Below, one piece after another: positions 19,467 to 29,384 of a stretch of 46,098 bases of DNA (position 1 is the stretch's first letter; each line of letters begins with the position of its first letter). This stretch comes from Staphylococcus phage CUB-EPI_14: the sequence record ON325435.2. The stretch is one strand, 5' to 3'. The notes under the pieces were generated by a model. The model saw only the letters and a list, made by a program, of their open reading frames with translations, was not told where the DNA came from and did no database searches. The position numbers and the translations under genes were made by a program.

Positions 19467-22088
19467 ATGCAACTATTCACTATGCCCGTTGAATTGGGGC
19501 AAGAATTTAGAAAGGTAACCATTATTAATTTTAGAGATATTGTTTTCGAAATTAATAAAGGTAAGGTCGCGTTAAACGATCATAAAAACAAAGACAAAGT
19601 GGCACATAAAAGTAAACAAATTTCCCACTTTGACAAAGATTTAGAAACAATTTTAATCAATTTCAAAAAACGATTAGAGTCTCACATCATAGGTGCAAAT
19701 GGCGACGGTATAGCAGAGCTTACTGATAGCCGAGTATCTAGGGACGGAAAAAGATTTAATATTTTCAATGACCGTATTGATTACGAATTCCAGCAAACGG
19801 AAAAGTTATTCGAACAAAAGTATAAAGAAGTCTATGGTTTGGCTACTCGTCTAAGAAATGTAAATGACTTTGGTGCTGATCCAACAGGAGAAAAAGATAG
19901 TACAGAAGCCTTTGAAAAAGCGTTCGAAAACGGTGGCTATCATGTACATATGACTGAAGGTACTTATAAAGTAAGAGGTATTAAATTGCCTAGTAACTCA
20001 ATTTTAAGTGGGGAAGGCAAAGGCGTTACAACTATTAAAATGAATGATGACGCCCCTCAAGAAAATCTTGTCGTTACAAATAGAGATGTAGACGGTACAG
20101 CTAAAAACATCACTGTTAAAGACTTTAGTATCAATGGTAATAAGTTCAGACAAGAAGGCACATTAAAAGCTGCTGGCGGCTCACGTTCAAGTAACTTACG
20201 CTATGCAGGTGTTACTAATGGATATATTTATAACATCGAAAGTTATGACGCACTATTACATGGTATAGACGTTACATACGCGTCTGATGATTACTTCTAT
20301 GAAGGAGATAACGTACGTGTTGAGGAGCAATTAGAAAGTAACTTCATTCATATCGACAACTGCGAAACGTACGGTTTCGGAGACGACGGTATTACAACAC
20401 ACCACTCTAAATTCTTAAATATCACAAACAACTATTCACACCACCCTACAGGTGGAGGTAATAATAACGGTATCGAAATAGATGACGGTTCAAGATATGT
20501 GATGTTAAGTGGTAATACAACAAAACAAAACTTTGGTGGGCTTGAAATCAAAGCGCATGGTACAGCTACAGCGCCAAGTGGCGTGTTCGTTAATAACCAT
20601 TTATCTATTGAAGATACAAGAAGTTACAACGTAAGACATATAGGACATCACAGAGCCGCAACAGATGTTAAAAGTAAATCGGCTCATGACGTTGTACTTA
20701 ATAACATTACATCTATTTATCCATATGCAAACAATACATATGAAAATGTTACGCCTAGAGCGTTAGTTATTAGTGCTTATGACGGTGTCGTATGTAACAA
20801 CGTAACATGCATAGGCGACGGACGTTTCCAAGCAGGCCAACCAGCAATAGCAGTTCAATTTATGAGCCAAAACATTGTCATTAGTAACGTGAACATCACA
20901 GGCTTCAAAAACGCTATGGCAGACATGAAAGTATTCGGTGGCAATAACGGTGGTAATAAAATCAAGTTTGCTAACGTTAACATTCACGACTCATCTGTGA
21001 ATATCGGTATTGCAGGTGGTGCAGGTGTTGAAGGCTTTGGAATTTATAATGCTAACTTAACTGGATCCGGTAAAGGTAACGGAATAGAACTATACAACCA
21101 CTACGCAGAAATTGTAGGTGTTGACGCAGTTAACTATGAAAATGCAGCAGACATCGCCGGCAACAAATACGAAGTAGTACCAACATACATGAACGGTGGC
21201 GCAAGTATAGCTTCAACAGGTGGCGGTGCTATTTCTGAACAAAGTGCAGTTCTAGCGTCTAGTGGTGGAACGTTCGCGTATGACAAAAACTCGTTTGTCA
21301 TCGCTTCTAACTTAGGTTCAGAGGCTTATGGCTCACGTTCAGGTGTTATTAACTCATCTAATTCAAGAACTAAAAAAGACGGTTTTGCACAAACAATCAT
21401 GAACTCAAGAAGTGTCGAGTCCTTAGGTAATTATCATTTCCAAATGGGTTATGGCGACGATGAAAAACCTAAAGCCTCAAACACTAAATTCGATGTATCG
21501 GCATTTAGCGGTAATGTAAGAACAGCAGGATATTTAAAATCAGGCCAAGACATCGGGGATATTGGCGAGTATTTTGAAAGTAAAACCGGAGAGAAAATCG
21601 AAAATGGTTATATTGTAACCTTAGAAGGTCGTTACATTAGAAAAGCTGGTCCAGATGATGAGCCGGTAGGTATCGTTTCAGGTACAGCCGCATTAGTTAT
21701 GGGGGATCAATTATTCCACCATAAATCTAAATATAAAAAAGACGAATTCGGTGTTGTTATAAAATCTGTTCAAATGGTTGAAAATGTAGATGATGAAGGA
21801 AACATACACCGCGAACTTGTAGAGTTACCAGTCGTTAATGAAGATTACGACAATCAAAACGAAGAAGATTACATTCCTAGATCACAACGAGATGAATGGT
21901 GCGTTGTTGGTATCAATGGTCAAATTTATACAAGAATAGATGAAACTGTTGAAAACGGCGACAAAATTACTGCCATGAGAGGTATTGGAACAAAAGACAA
22001 TGCTAATGGCTATTATTACGTCGAAGAAATTACTACACCATATGACGCTGAAAAAGGTTATGGAGTAGCATTAGTATTCGTTAAATAG
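19467..22088 (+). CDS. tail fibre / pectin-lyase-fold (beta-helix) protein, possible wall-polymer depolymerase
   Basis: 873-aa ORF. The motif DFGADPTGEKDSTEAFEKAF is typical of right-handed beta-helix tailspike or pectate-lyase-like proteins. It is Gly/Asn-rich. Confidence 0.55.
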   Translation: MQLFTMPVELGQEFRKVTIINFRDIVFEINKGKVALNDHKNKDKVAHKSKQISHFDKDLETILINFKKRLESHIIGANGDGIAELTDSRVSRDGKRFNIFNDRIDYEFQQTEKLFEQKYKEVYGLATRLRNVNDFGADPTGEKDSTEAFEKAFENGGYHVHMTEGTYKVRGIKLPSNSILSGEGKGVTTIKMNDDAPQENLVVTNRDVDGTAKNITVKDFSINGNKFRQEGTLKAAGGSRSSNLRYAGVTNGYIYNIESYDALLHGIDVTYASDDYFYEGDNVRVEEQLESNFIHIDNCETYGFGDDGITTHHSKFLNITNNYSHHPTGGGNNNGIEIDDGSRYVMLSGNTTKQNFGGLEIKAHGTATAPSGVFVNNHLSIEDTRSYNVRHIGHHRAATDVKSKSAHDVVLNNITSIYPYANNTYENVTPRALVISAYDGVVCNNVTCIGDGRFQAGQPAIAVQFMSQNIVISNVNITGFKNAMADMKVFGGNNGGNKIKFANVNIHDSSVNIGIAGGAGVEGFGIYNANLTGSGKGNGIELYNHYAEIVGVDAVNYENAADIAGNKYEVVPTYMNGGASIASTGGGAISEQSAVLASSGGTFAYDKNSFVIASNLGSEAYGSRSGVINSSNSRTKKDGFAQTIMNSRSVESLGNYHFQMGYGDDEKPKASNTKFDVSAFSGNVRTAGYLKSGQDIGDIGEYFESKTGEKIENGYIVTLEGRYIRKAGPDDEPVGIVSGTAALVMGDQLFHHKSKYKKDEFGVVIKSVQMVENVDDEGNIHRELVELPVVNEDYDNQNEEDYIPRSQRDEWCVVGINGQIYTRIDETVENGDKITAMRGIGTKDNANGYYYVEEITTPYDAEKGYGVALVFVK

Positions 22089-22098
22089 GAGGTTAACA

Positions 22099-24234
22099 AT
22101 GGATATAGATATTAAAAAGAATGGCAAAGTACGTGTGTTAGATACACCGTACTTTAAGCCAATCACACAAACAAATATTTCTTTTTCTAACATGGATATT
22201 GGAACTGCGAAAATAACTTTTGAATTGTTAAAAAACAGTTTGCCTTTACAAGTTAGCGAGAAGAATGTTGACGTTTATAGTTATTTAGAAAGTAAAAATG
22301 GTAGCAGCATAGAAGTACCATTACACTTTGAAGATCCTTTGAATGGTATCGTTAGTATGACAATAGACAAAGATTTCTTAGAAGCGTCTACAAATTCAAC
22401 TGTAGAAGGCCAACTATACATAACGATGAATAAGAAAAACAAAACATACAACGATTACTCAAATACTGTAGCATTACAAAAATTTAGTTTTGCAGTTGAG
22501 GACGCTTTAATAAATAAAATTAGTGGTAGCGATAAAATATTCTATATTAGATCTTTCGACATTTTAAAATCAGAAATCAAAAATAAAATTTATGAAATGG
22601 AACAAGACATCGGCAAGATCGAAGAAGTGAAAAAAGAACTTGAAACACTATTTTATGAGATTAAAGAAGAAATCACTCAAATTAGAAAAGATACTATTAA
22701 TCAATTGCAAAGTGAATATAAAGAGTATAGCGATTTATTAAATGATATACATAATCAAGCATTAACCGATATTGATAATCGTACAAAAGTTTCACTTAAT
22801 CAAATTGACAATAAAAAAGAAGAAGTCCTTCAATTATTAGAAGAAGGCGAAATTATTACAAAATCAATGTTTGAAGAATACAAGTCAGACATTCAAGATC
22901 AACTAGACGAAGCATTATTGAAAAATCAAAATGAAATCAAATCATATAAAGATGATCTTCAAAATACAATCGACAATTTAAATTGGCAAAAGCATAAATT
23001 AACAACTGACGAAGGCAACATCATTTCTGTTACTGACACTGTAGATATGAATACATTAAGCGGTTTAGATAAAACAGGATTTTATTACTGCTCAAACATC
23101 ACAAATTCGCCTGACAGTGAAAGTACAACAGGTTATATAAACGTTTATAATCAAAGCTCTACTTTAGGATTTGCTTATTTCATAAATCAAGACGGTCAAA
23201 CTATATATACCAACACTAAAAACAATGGTTCGTGGGGCGATTGGCAACCTATAAGCAAAGATCAAATTGAAGATCTAGAATGGCAAAAATACAAATTAAC
23301 CGAAGATAACGGGAATCGTGTTTCTTTAGGAACATTAGATAAGCCTGTAGAAAAACTTTCGGCTGGATATTACGAGTGTACTATACCGTCTAATTCAGAA
23401 GTGGTAAACGCGCCCTCCAACAATAGCGGAAGCTCATATTTAGCTGAAATAGACGTCACAGTTGGGAATAGTGGTAGGAAACAAATACTTTTAATCCAAA
23501 GTTATACAAAAAATATATGGTTTAAGACTATACATACTAATGGTGCTGATAGAGGTTGGGTTTTAGTAAATAGGGATTACGAAAAAGATTTGGATTGGCA
23601 AAAATATAAAATGGTTGATGACAACGGAAAAAACTATACGGTAGATTGCAAAAATAATGGAACGACATTACATAATTTAGCTCCTAAACATTATTACCTT
23701 ACTAATGTACCTGATCTACCAAGCGGAGTAGGGAAAGACGGTATGGCTTTAGTTATATCCGATAATACAGATAAAAATGGACGTATCATTTATTCTCCGC
23801 AATCCTCATCAGGTGTTTATATGAAGAACAAAGTTATGGGTAATTGGTCGCCATTCGTTAAGGTTACAACTAACTACAGTTCTACTGGTTGGCAAGACTT
23901 GCCACTCACAAATGGTATACAAGAATATTCAAGTAGTTATACACCTCAATTCAAATTGGTAGAAATGAACGACATGATAATGTTCTCTTTAAGAGGTGCT
24001 ATAAAAAATGTTACAAGCTCAAGACAAATGTTTGCGCAGATACCACCTTATATACTAAGAAAGTTAGTGCCACCGCACCCTTATGTGCAATCGGGAAGCG
24101 TTAAAAACGGAGAAGCTACATTCGTTCGTTTAAGTATCGAAAGAAACGGAGAGGTCGGTATCATTGCATTTTCAAAACCTAATGAAATGAACGCGTCAGA
24201 CTTCTATCCGATTGATACAACAATAGTAATTTAG
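22099..24234 (+). CDS. receptor-binding / baseplate upper protein with coiled-coil stem and three tandem ~100-aa repeats
   Basis: 711-aa ORF with a central coiled coil (res 150-290). It then carries three repeats that each start with a D/NLxWQKxKLT/MxDxGN motif. Confidence 0.5.
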   Translation: MDIDIKKNGKVRVLDTPYFKPITQTNISFSNMDIGTAKITFELLKNSLPLQVSEKNVDVYSYLESKNGSSIEVPLHFEDPLNGIVSMTIDKDFLEASTNSTVEGQLYITMNKKNKTYNDYSNTVALQKFSFAVEDALINKISGSDKIFYIRSFDILKSEIKNKIYEMEQDIGKIEEVKKELETLFYEIKEEITQIRKDTINQLQSEYKEYSDLLNDIHNQALTDIDNRTKVSLNQIDNKKEEVLQLLEEGEIITKSMFEEYKSDIQDQLDEALLKNQNEIKSYKDDLQNTIDNLNWQKHKLTTDEGNIISVTDTVDMNTLSGLDKTGFYYCSNITNSPDSESTTGYINVYNQSSTLGFAYFINQDGQTIYTNTKNNGSWGDWQPISKDQIEDLEWQKYKLTEDNGNRVSLGTLDKPVEKLSAGYYECTIPSNSEVVNAPSNNSGSSYLAEIDVTVGNSGRKQILLIQSYTKNIWFKTIHTNGADRGWVLVNRDYEKDLDWQKYKMVDDNGKNYTVDCKNNGTTLHNLAPKHYYLTNVPDLPSGVGKDGMALVISDNTDKNGRIIYSPQSSSGVYMKNKVMGNWSPFVKVTTNYSSTGWQDLPLTNGIQEYSSSYTPQFKLVEMNDMIMFSLRGAIKNVTSSRQMFAQIPPYILRKLVPPHPYVQSGSVKNGEATFVRLSIERNGEVGIIAFSKPNEMNASDFYPIDTTIVI

Positions 24235-24247
24235 GAGGCAAAAAGAT

Positions 24248-24592
24248 ATGGCTATGGAATGGAAACAAGTATTTTTGTATGACGGAACACAAATACTTTT
24301 AAAACCTGATATGTTTGGCAATTATGAATATCCTAAAGAAAAATGGACGGATATTAAACCACCTCAAGGAATTTATACACCGTTTCGTTTTGACGGGGAA
24401 AAGTGGATTGGTAGCACTAAAGAAGAATGGGAAGCAAGACAACCTAAAATAGAAATACCACCAAGCGAAGAGGAAGAACTTCATCTTGAACTTATAAAAA
24501 CAAACATAGAACTAAAAAAAGAAGTTGCGCAACTCAATGAAGATGTAGCAAATCTTGTAACAATGTTAGTTCAAAAGCAAGGAGGCAATTAA
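24248..24592 (+). CDS. hypothetical protein (XkdW-like position)
   Basis: 114-aa ORF with an SD (AGGAGG), between the fibre genes and the lysis genes. Confidence 0.4.
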   Translation: MAMEWKQVFLYDGTQILLKPDMFGNYEYPKEKWTDIKPPQGIYTPFRFDGEKWIGSTKEEWEARQPKIEIPPSEEEELHLELIKTNIELKKEVAQLNEDVANLVTMLVQKQGGN

Positions 24593-24593
24593 T

Positions 24594-24743
24594 ATGTATA
24601 GAACATTTAAAAGATTATGGAAAAAAGGACTTTTAGATGAAAAAACAGTGTATGACGCAGTTGTGGTTGAGTTTATAACTGCCGAACAATACAAAGAAAT
24701 AGTCGGAGAGGAATTTGTGCCGCCTAAAGACGATGAAGTGTAG
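24594..24743 (+). CDS. small protein (XkdX-like position, 49 aa)
   Basis: Unlisted small ORF. Its ATG overlaps the preceding stop (TAATATG). It ends at TAG 24741-24743, within the SD of the next gene. Confidence 0.35.
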   Translation: MYRTFKRLWKKGLLDEKTVYDAVVVEFITAEQYKEIVGEEFVPPKDDEV

Positions 24744-24753
24744 GAGGGGTATT

Positions 24754-25191
24754 ATGAACAAATACTTTACACCGAACGATAAACTAGCTACCCTCTCTCT
24801 ATTTGGCTTAGGCACATATAATGGTGCTAGAGGCTTTTTTTGGGTACTAAGTCAAGAAGTGGTGGTACACGATAGCAAATTCTATGTTGCTTTAAATGAA
24901 TTCATGCCTATATGGATATGGGGCGTTATATTAATGATATTTGGCCTATGTTTAATACTCTCTAGTGTTTTATATAGTAGAACAGATATAAGCAACAAAT
25001 CATATTATTTAATGACAATTGGAGGGTTTGGTTGTGGGGTTATGCAATTTTTAATGGCTTCAGCCAGTTTATACAACGCTATAAACTGGTTGACGCCAAT
25101 AAACTTTACTATCTTAGCAGCGTGGTGTGGTTTTGTAGGCTATATAGGAGTGTTAGGAGTAAATGACAAACAACGATTTTCTAAAGATTAG
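24754..25191 (+). CDS. membrane protein with about four TM segments (possible holin-like or accessory lysis protein)
   Basis: Start chosen at the ATG downstream of the SD TAGGAGGGG. The track's upstream start at 24715 is less likely. The protein has four hydrophobic stretches. Confidence 0.45.
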   Translation: MNKYFTPNDKLATLSLFGLGTYNGARGFFWVLSQEVVVHDSKFYVALNEFMPIWIWGVILMIFGLCLILSSVLYSRTDISNKSYYLMTIGGFGCGVMQFLMASASLYNAINWLTPINFTILAAWCGFVGYIGVLGVNDKQRFSKD

Positions 25192-25561
25192 AGATTGGGA
25201 GTCGGAAAAAAGAGAAATACAAAAGCAAATAAACAAAGTTGACACAAAACACACCGAAAATTACAACAATTTGATTAACAGAATAGATGTACAAACAATT
25301 GTACAACGTAATACATATGAGTCGCAAAAGAAATCTGAAAAGCATTTAGAAAAAATAAGCGAAAACATTAGCAGTGTTGGTACTAGAGTTACAAAACTTG
25401 AATTTGCTAACGAAACAAATGAAAAAGAGATAAAGAAAATGCAAACAACATTGGAAGAAAAAAGCAAAGGCAACACAAATATTATTGTTGCTTGGATAGG
25501 TGTTGTTGGTGTATTACTACCTTCACTAATTCCTGTGTTTTCTAACTTATTTGATAAATAA
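25163..25561 (+). CDS. XhlA-like coiled-coil protein with C-terminal TM anchor
   Basis: 132-aa ORF with a charged coiled-coil body and a C-terminal hydrophobic segment (IIVAWIGVVGVLLPSLIPVF). It lies immediately upstream of the holin, as XhlA does in Bacillus PBSX-type lysis cassettes. Confidence 0.45.
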   Translation: MTNNDFLKIRDWESEKREIQKQINKVDTKHTENYNNLINRIDVQTIVQRNTYESQKKSEKHLEKISENISSVGTRVTKLEFANETNEKEIKKMQTTLEEKSKGNTNIIVAWIGVVGVLLPSLIPVFSNLFDK

Positions 25562-25579
25562 AATGGAGGTGTCGAGTTT

Positions 25580-25849
25580 ATGAAACCTGATGTAGGTACA
25601 ATAACTAGGGTTGTATTATTTATTTTAGCTTGGGTTAACCAAATACTAGCTAATTATAATTTATCCCCTATAGAAGCAAGCGAAGAAAATATCAGTGACA
25701 TTATCACTGGTGCGATTTCTGTTTGGGTATTATGGAAAAACAACAACTTTACACATGCTGCAAAAGAAGGACAACAAAAAATACACGAGGTCAAATCCGG
25801 AAATAACAAACATACAGGTTCGCCCGTTATTGATGAGGAGGATTTATAA
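25580..25849 (+). CDS. holin (SPP1/XhlB-like, phage_holin_1 type)
   Basis: 89-aa ORF with two TM segments. Residues 10-50 resemble the SPP1-type holin consensus (GTIxRxxLxxLAxVNQxL...). It is directly upstream of the endolysin gene. Confidence 0.7.
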   Translation: MKPDVGTITRVVLFILAWVNQILANYNLSPIEASEENISDIITGAISVWVLWKNNNFTHAAKEGQQKIHEVKSGNNKHTGSPVIDEEDL

Positions 25850-27264
25850 TGACTTCAATAAGAACATATAAACAAGCGTCGAAGTATCTAAAGTATATGG
25901 AGGGCAAAGCATGGAATCCAGATAGAGCATATGGATTTCAGTGTTTTGATACAGCAAACCAATATTGGATGTACTTATTCGGACATATGTTAAAAGGCAT
26001 AGGCGCTGCAGATATTCCTACATGGAACAACTTCAAAGGAGAAGCAAAAGTCTATGAAAACACATTAGACTTTCTAGCTAAACGTGGAGATTTGGTTATA
26101 TTCAACAGAAATTACGGTGGCGGTTATGGACACGTCGGCATCGTTATAAAAGCGACACTAGATTACATAGTGGTCATAGAACAAAATTGGCTTGGCGGTG
26201 CTTATTGGACACCACCAGAAGTAACTACACGTCGCACACATGGCTATGATTTTCCTATGTTTTTTATACGCCCCTACTTTGCAAAAGAAACGAAAAAGAA
26301 CGCTGCTAAAAGTAAGCTAACACCTAAGAAAAAACCTAAAATGAACAAAGGTAAAAAGATATTACTTGTAGCCGGACATGGTAAAGGTGCTTATTCAAAC
26401 GATCCGGGTGCAGTAGCTAATGGATATAATGAGCGCGATTTCAACAGAAAAGAAGTTATACCTAGAGTTAAGAAATATCTTGAGAGTGTAGGTAACACTG
26501 TCGTTCTATATGGTGGTAAGAAAATGAACCAAGATTTATATCAAGACACGTTATACGGTCAAAGGGTAGGAAATTATAAAGATTACGGTTTATATTGGGT
26601 TAAAAACAATGTTAAACCTGACGCGATTGTAGAATTTCATCTCGACGCTGCAGGACCTCAAGCCAGTGGAGGTCATGTAATAGTAAGCGATAGATTTCCT
26701 GCCGATGATATAGACAAAGCGTTATCTAGCACATTAGACAAAACAGTTGGAAAAATAAGAGGTGTTACACCTAGAAATGATCTATTAAACGCAAATGTTA
26801 CTGGATCGTTAAACCTAAACTATAGATTAATAGAATTAGGTTTTATAACATCTAAAAAAGACATGAATTACATCACAGAAAATATTGACGACTTCACTAA
26901 AAGGATTGCCGAAGCGATTAATGGTAGACAAATCAATGCGCCTAAAAGTAAGCCTTCTAGTAAAAAGATAACTTGGAATTGGGGAGGTACTTTCTACCCT
27001 AATGCGCCTAAAGAAGGTATTAGAGTTAGAAGATCGCCCGGCTTAAATGGTGCTATTGTCGAAAGTGGTTCGTGGTTATACCGAAAAACAGATTGGGTTA
27101 AATTTGATAGAGTTATCAAAAAGGATGGATATTGGTTTATTAGGTTCAAGTATCAAGCGCCAGGTTCGAGTAACAAGCATTTTTATTGCGCAGTGTGCAA
27201 AATTACTGATAAGCAACAAAAAATCAAAAATGAGAAATACTGGGGAACTATAGAGTGGAAATGA
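25849..27264 (+). CDS. endolysin (CHAP + amidase + SH3b-like)
   Basis: 471-aa ORF. It has an N-terminal CHAP-like region ([10 protein letters not shown]...GHVGIV), a central amidase-like region ([19 protein letters not shown]) and a C-terminal SH3b-like region. A K-rich linker is present. Confidence 0.85.
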   Translation: MTSIRTYKQASKYLKYMEGKAWNPDRAYGFQCFDTANQYWMYLFGHMLKGIGAADIPTWNNFKGEAKVYENTLDFLAKRGDLVIFNRNYGGGYGHVGIVIKATLDYIVVIEQNWLGGAYWTPPEVTTRRTHGYDFPMFFIRPYFAKETKKNAAKSKLTPKKKPKMNKGKKILLVAGHGKGAYSNDPGAVANGYNERDFNRKEVIPRVKKYLESVGNTVVLYGGKKMNQDLYQDTLYGQRVGNYKDYGLYWVKNNVKPDAIVEFHLDAAGPQASGGHVIVSDRFPADDIDKALSSTLDKTVGKIRGVTPRNDLLNANVTGSLNLNYRLIELGFITSKKDMNYITENIDDFTKRIAEAINGRQINAPKSKPSSKKITWNWGGTFYPNAPKEGIRVRRSPGLNGAIVESGSWLYRKTDWVKFDRVIKKDGYWFIRFKYQAPGSSNKHFYCAVCKITDKQQKIKNEKYWGTIEWK

Positions 27265-27344
27265 TTTACAAACAAAAATATTGGGTATATAATAATAACC
27301 ATAAAACTATTATTCATTTTTCCCACTTAATAAATTTAACTTAG

Positions 27345-27373
27345 CCACGTCGTAATAGACGTGGTTATTTTTA
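27345..27373 (+). terminator. rho-independent terminator after the endolysin gene
   Basis: Perfect 7-bp stem CCACGTC/GACGTGG with a 6-nt loop, then TTATTTTTAT. Confidence 0.75.
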
Positions 27374-27452
27374 TGTGATACTATTAATTACGTAACCTAA
27401 AAGGTTATTAATTTAATTGTCCCTTTTAATTTGATACTATATTATATATTAC

Positions 27453-27490
27453 GACAAACGATATCCCCCTCTCGTTTGTCTTTTTTTATT
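27453..27490 (+). terminator. second rho-independent terminator (end of the late operon)
   Basis: Perfect 8-bp stem GACAAACG/CGTTTGTC with a 12-nt loop, then T9. Confidence 0.75.
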
Positions 27491-27496
27491 TTAATG

Positions 27497-27525
27497 TTTA
27501 CATTCTTAAATACTAATGCTATAAT
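27497..27525 (+). promoter_or_regulatory. consensus sigma-A promoter for the early region
   Basis: TTTACA (27497-27502), a 17-nt spacer, then TATAAT (27520-27525). An SD and ATG at 27556 follow. Confidence 0.7.
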
Positions 27526-27555
27526 TAGTATGTAATATTTAAGGAGGGAAACAAA

Positions 27556-27732
27556 ATGAAAAATAGTACAAAAAGTTTTATAACTTCTGAATTAGTATTC
27601 GTTGTAATGAGTATATTGTTGATGAGATTGTTTTATTTCACAACAGCGATAGGGTTATCAATTTTTATTAGTGCAGCGTTTTATTTATTTTTTGTAAGTT
27701 ATGTATTCGATAAGGAGGATGAAAAATGTTAG
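27556..27732 (+). CDS. small membrane protein (58 aa), first early gene
   Basis: Unlisted ORF with the SD AAGGAGGG. It has two hydrophobic segments. Confidence 0.45.
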   Translation: MKNSTKSFITSELVFVVMSILLMRLFYFTTAIGLSIFISAAFYLFFVSYVFDKEDEKC

Positions 27733-27971
27733 AAACAGTTAAATATATTTTAGAGATCATAGAGGAACACGAAATAGATTTTTACTACACAGCAGACTAT
27801 GACGTTATATACGAAAATGGCGTTACATCTTTTACATTCTCAACATATAGCGATGATTTAACAACTTTAAGAGATATAGTCAGAATTACATCTTTAGAAA
27901 GTAAAGATGTTAAAGAAAAGAAAGTGAATAGAATTTATGAAATTATAACAAACGGATATAAGGGGTTTTGA
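27726..27971 (+). CDS. hypothetical protein
   Basis: 81-aa ORF with an SD (AAGGAGGA). Confidence 0.45.
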   Translation: MLETVKYILEIIEEHEIDFYYTADYDVIYENGVTSFTFSTYSDDLTTLRDIVRITSLESKDVKEKKVNRIYEIITNGYKGF

Positions 27972-27973
27972 TA

Positions 27974-28459
27974 ATGAGCAATATATATGAGCTAAAAGAA
28001 AGTTACAAACAAGTTTTTGACGCTATATCAAATGGAGAAGAAGATCAGGTTTATTTAGATACACTACAATCAATTAATGACACTATAGAAGATAAAGCAG
28101 ACAACTACATGAGAGTAATTAAAAATTTAGAGGGCGATAATGAAGCGTTAGACAAAGAAATTAAACGACTTCAAGCAAGAAAGAAAACAAATGCAAATGG
28201 TATAAAACGTATGAAAGAAAGTCTACAACTGGCAATGGAGGAAACAAACAAACTCGCATTTAAAACTTCATTATTCAGTTACGGTATACAAAACAATGCG
28301 CCTTCATTGGATAATTTAGACATGGGAAAAATACCTAAAAAATACTTTGTAGAACAAGAGCCAAAACTAGACAAGAAAGCATTGTTACAAGACATCAAAG
28401 ATGGTGTAGATGTTGACGGTGCAGAATTGAAAGTCACAAGATCATTAAGAGTAAGATAA
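27974..28459 (+). CDS. hypothetical coiled-coil early protein
   Basis: ORF with an ATG start downstream of AAGGGG. It precedes the recombinase gene. Confidence 0.45.
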   Translation: MSNIYELKESYKQVFDAISNGEEDQVYLDTLQSINDTIEDKADNYMRVIKNLEGDNEALDKEIKRLQARKKTNANGIKRMKESLQLAMEETNKLAFKTSLFSYGIQNNAPSLDNLDMGKIPKKYFVEQEPKLDKKALLQDIKDGVDVDGAELKVTRSLRVR

Positions 28460-28474
28460 TAGGAGGAGCACAAA

Positions 28475-29266
28475 ATGAGTGATAATTTAAATTTATATCA
28501 AAAAATAGTGGAAGTTAGAAAATCAATAGGCAATATAAAAAAAGACGCGACAGCGGGAAAAAACAGTAAGTTTAGCTATGATTATGTTAGCGGAAGTTCT
28601 ATACTAAACAAAATAAAAGACGAAATGAACAATCAAAGATTATTGTTTATTCCAATTATAAAAAACAAGAAAATGGATAGAATAGAATACAACGATAGAT
28701 ACGGTAAACCGGCAGTAACTTACATTGTAGAGCTAGATTTAGATTACAAATGGATAAACGCTGATAATCCAGAAGAAACGTTTATAATAAATTTTTATGC
28801 AGTTGGAGAACAAACTGATCCTTCAAAAGCATTTGGTACAGCTTTAACATATTCAGAGAGATATATATTATTAAAAGAGTTCAATTTACCTACTGACGAA
28901 GATGACGCAGACGGTAAAGAAGTTAACAATAATCAATATTACAACCAACAAAACAACAACTATCAAAACAACAGAAACAACTATCAAAGACAACAACAAA
29001 GACAAGCTACAAGTACAAGTGACAACAAATTACCAGTACAAGACAAAGGCAAGTTATTACTAGCTCAACAAAAAGCAACAGATCTAGCAGATGTTATCAA
29101 CTCTCAAGATGATGCAGACGAAAACAACCCTATAACACAAGAAAAGATACTGAACGGTTATGTAAATAAAGTAGGCGCTACTGATTTATCAAAAGCAACA
29201 AATGAACAGTTAATTAATATTGTTCAACTGATAGATAAAAACATAGAAAAGTATAAAAACAAATAA
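28475..29266 (+). CDS. ERF-family single-strand annealing protein
   Basis: The N-terminal 130 aa follow the ERF pattern (LYQKIVEVRKSIGNIKKDATAGKNSKFSYDYVSGSSIL...; GTALTYSERYILLKEFNLPTDEDDADG). A Q/N-rich low-complexity linker is present. Confidence 0.7.
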   Translation: MSDNLNLYQKIVEVRKSIGNIKKDATAGKNSKFSYDYVSGSSILNKIKDEMNNQRLLFIPIIKNKKMDRIEYNDRYGKPAVTYIVELDLDYKWINADNPEETFIINFYAVGEQTDPSKAFGTALTYSERYILLKEFNLPTDEDDADGKEVNNNQYYNQQNNNYQNNRNNYQRQQQRQATSTSDNKLPVQDKGKLLLAQQKATDLADVINSQDDADENNPITQEKILNGYVNKVGATDLSKATNEQLINIVQLIDKNIEKYKNK

Positions 29267-29384
29267 TCAATTTTAAGGGGGTATTTAGGGGCATTTATAA
29301 AAATAGGCATAATTTATCCTGTTTTATATTATCGCCTTAAAATACCCCTTCAAAATTAAAAATAAAGGCATATGAGGTAATTAT

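Noticed and set aside
27047-27253. 68-aa + strand ORF inside the endolysin gene
   Set aside because: Alternate-frame ORF with no SD, within a well-supported endolysin coding region.
27265-27555. Looked for attP/integrase/repressor in the lysin-to-early-gene gap
   Set aside because: The gap contains only two terminators, a short TAACC-TAAAA-GGTTA palindrome and a consensus promoter. No ORF of recombinase size is present on either strand.
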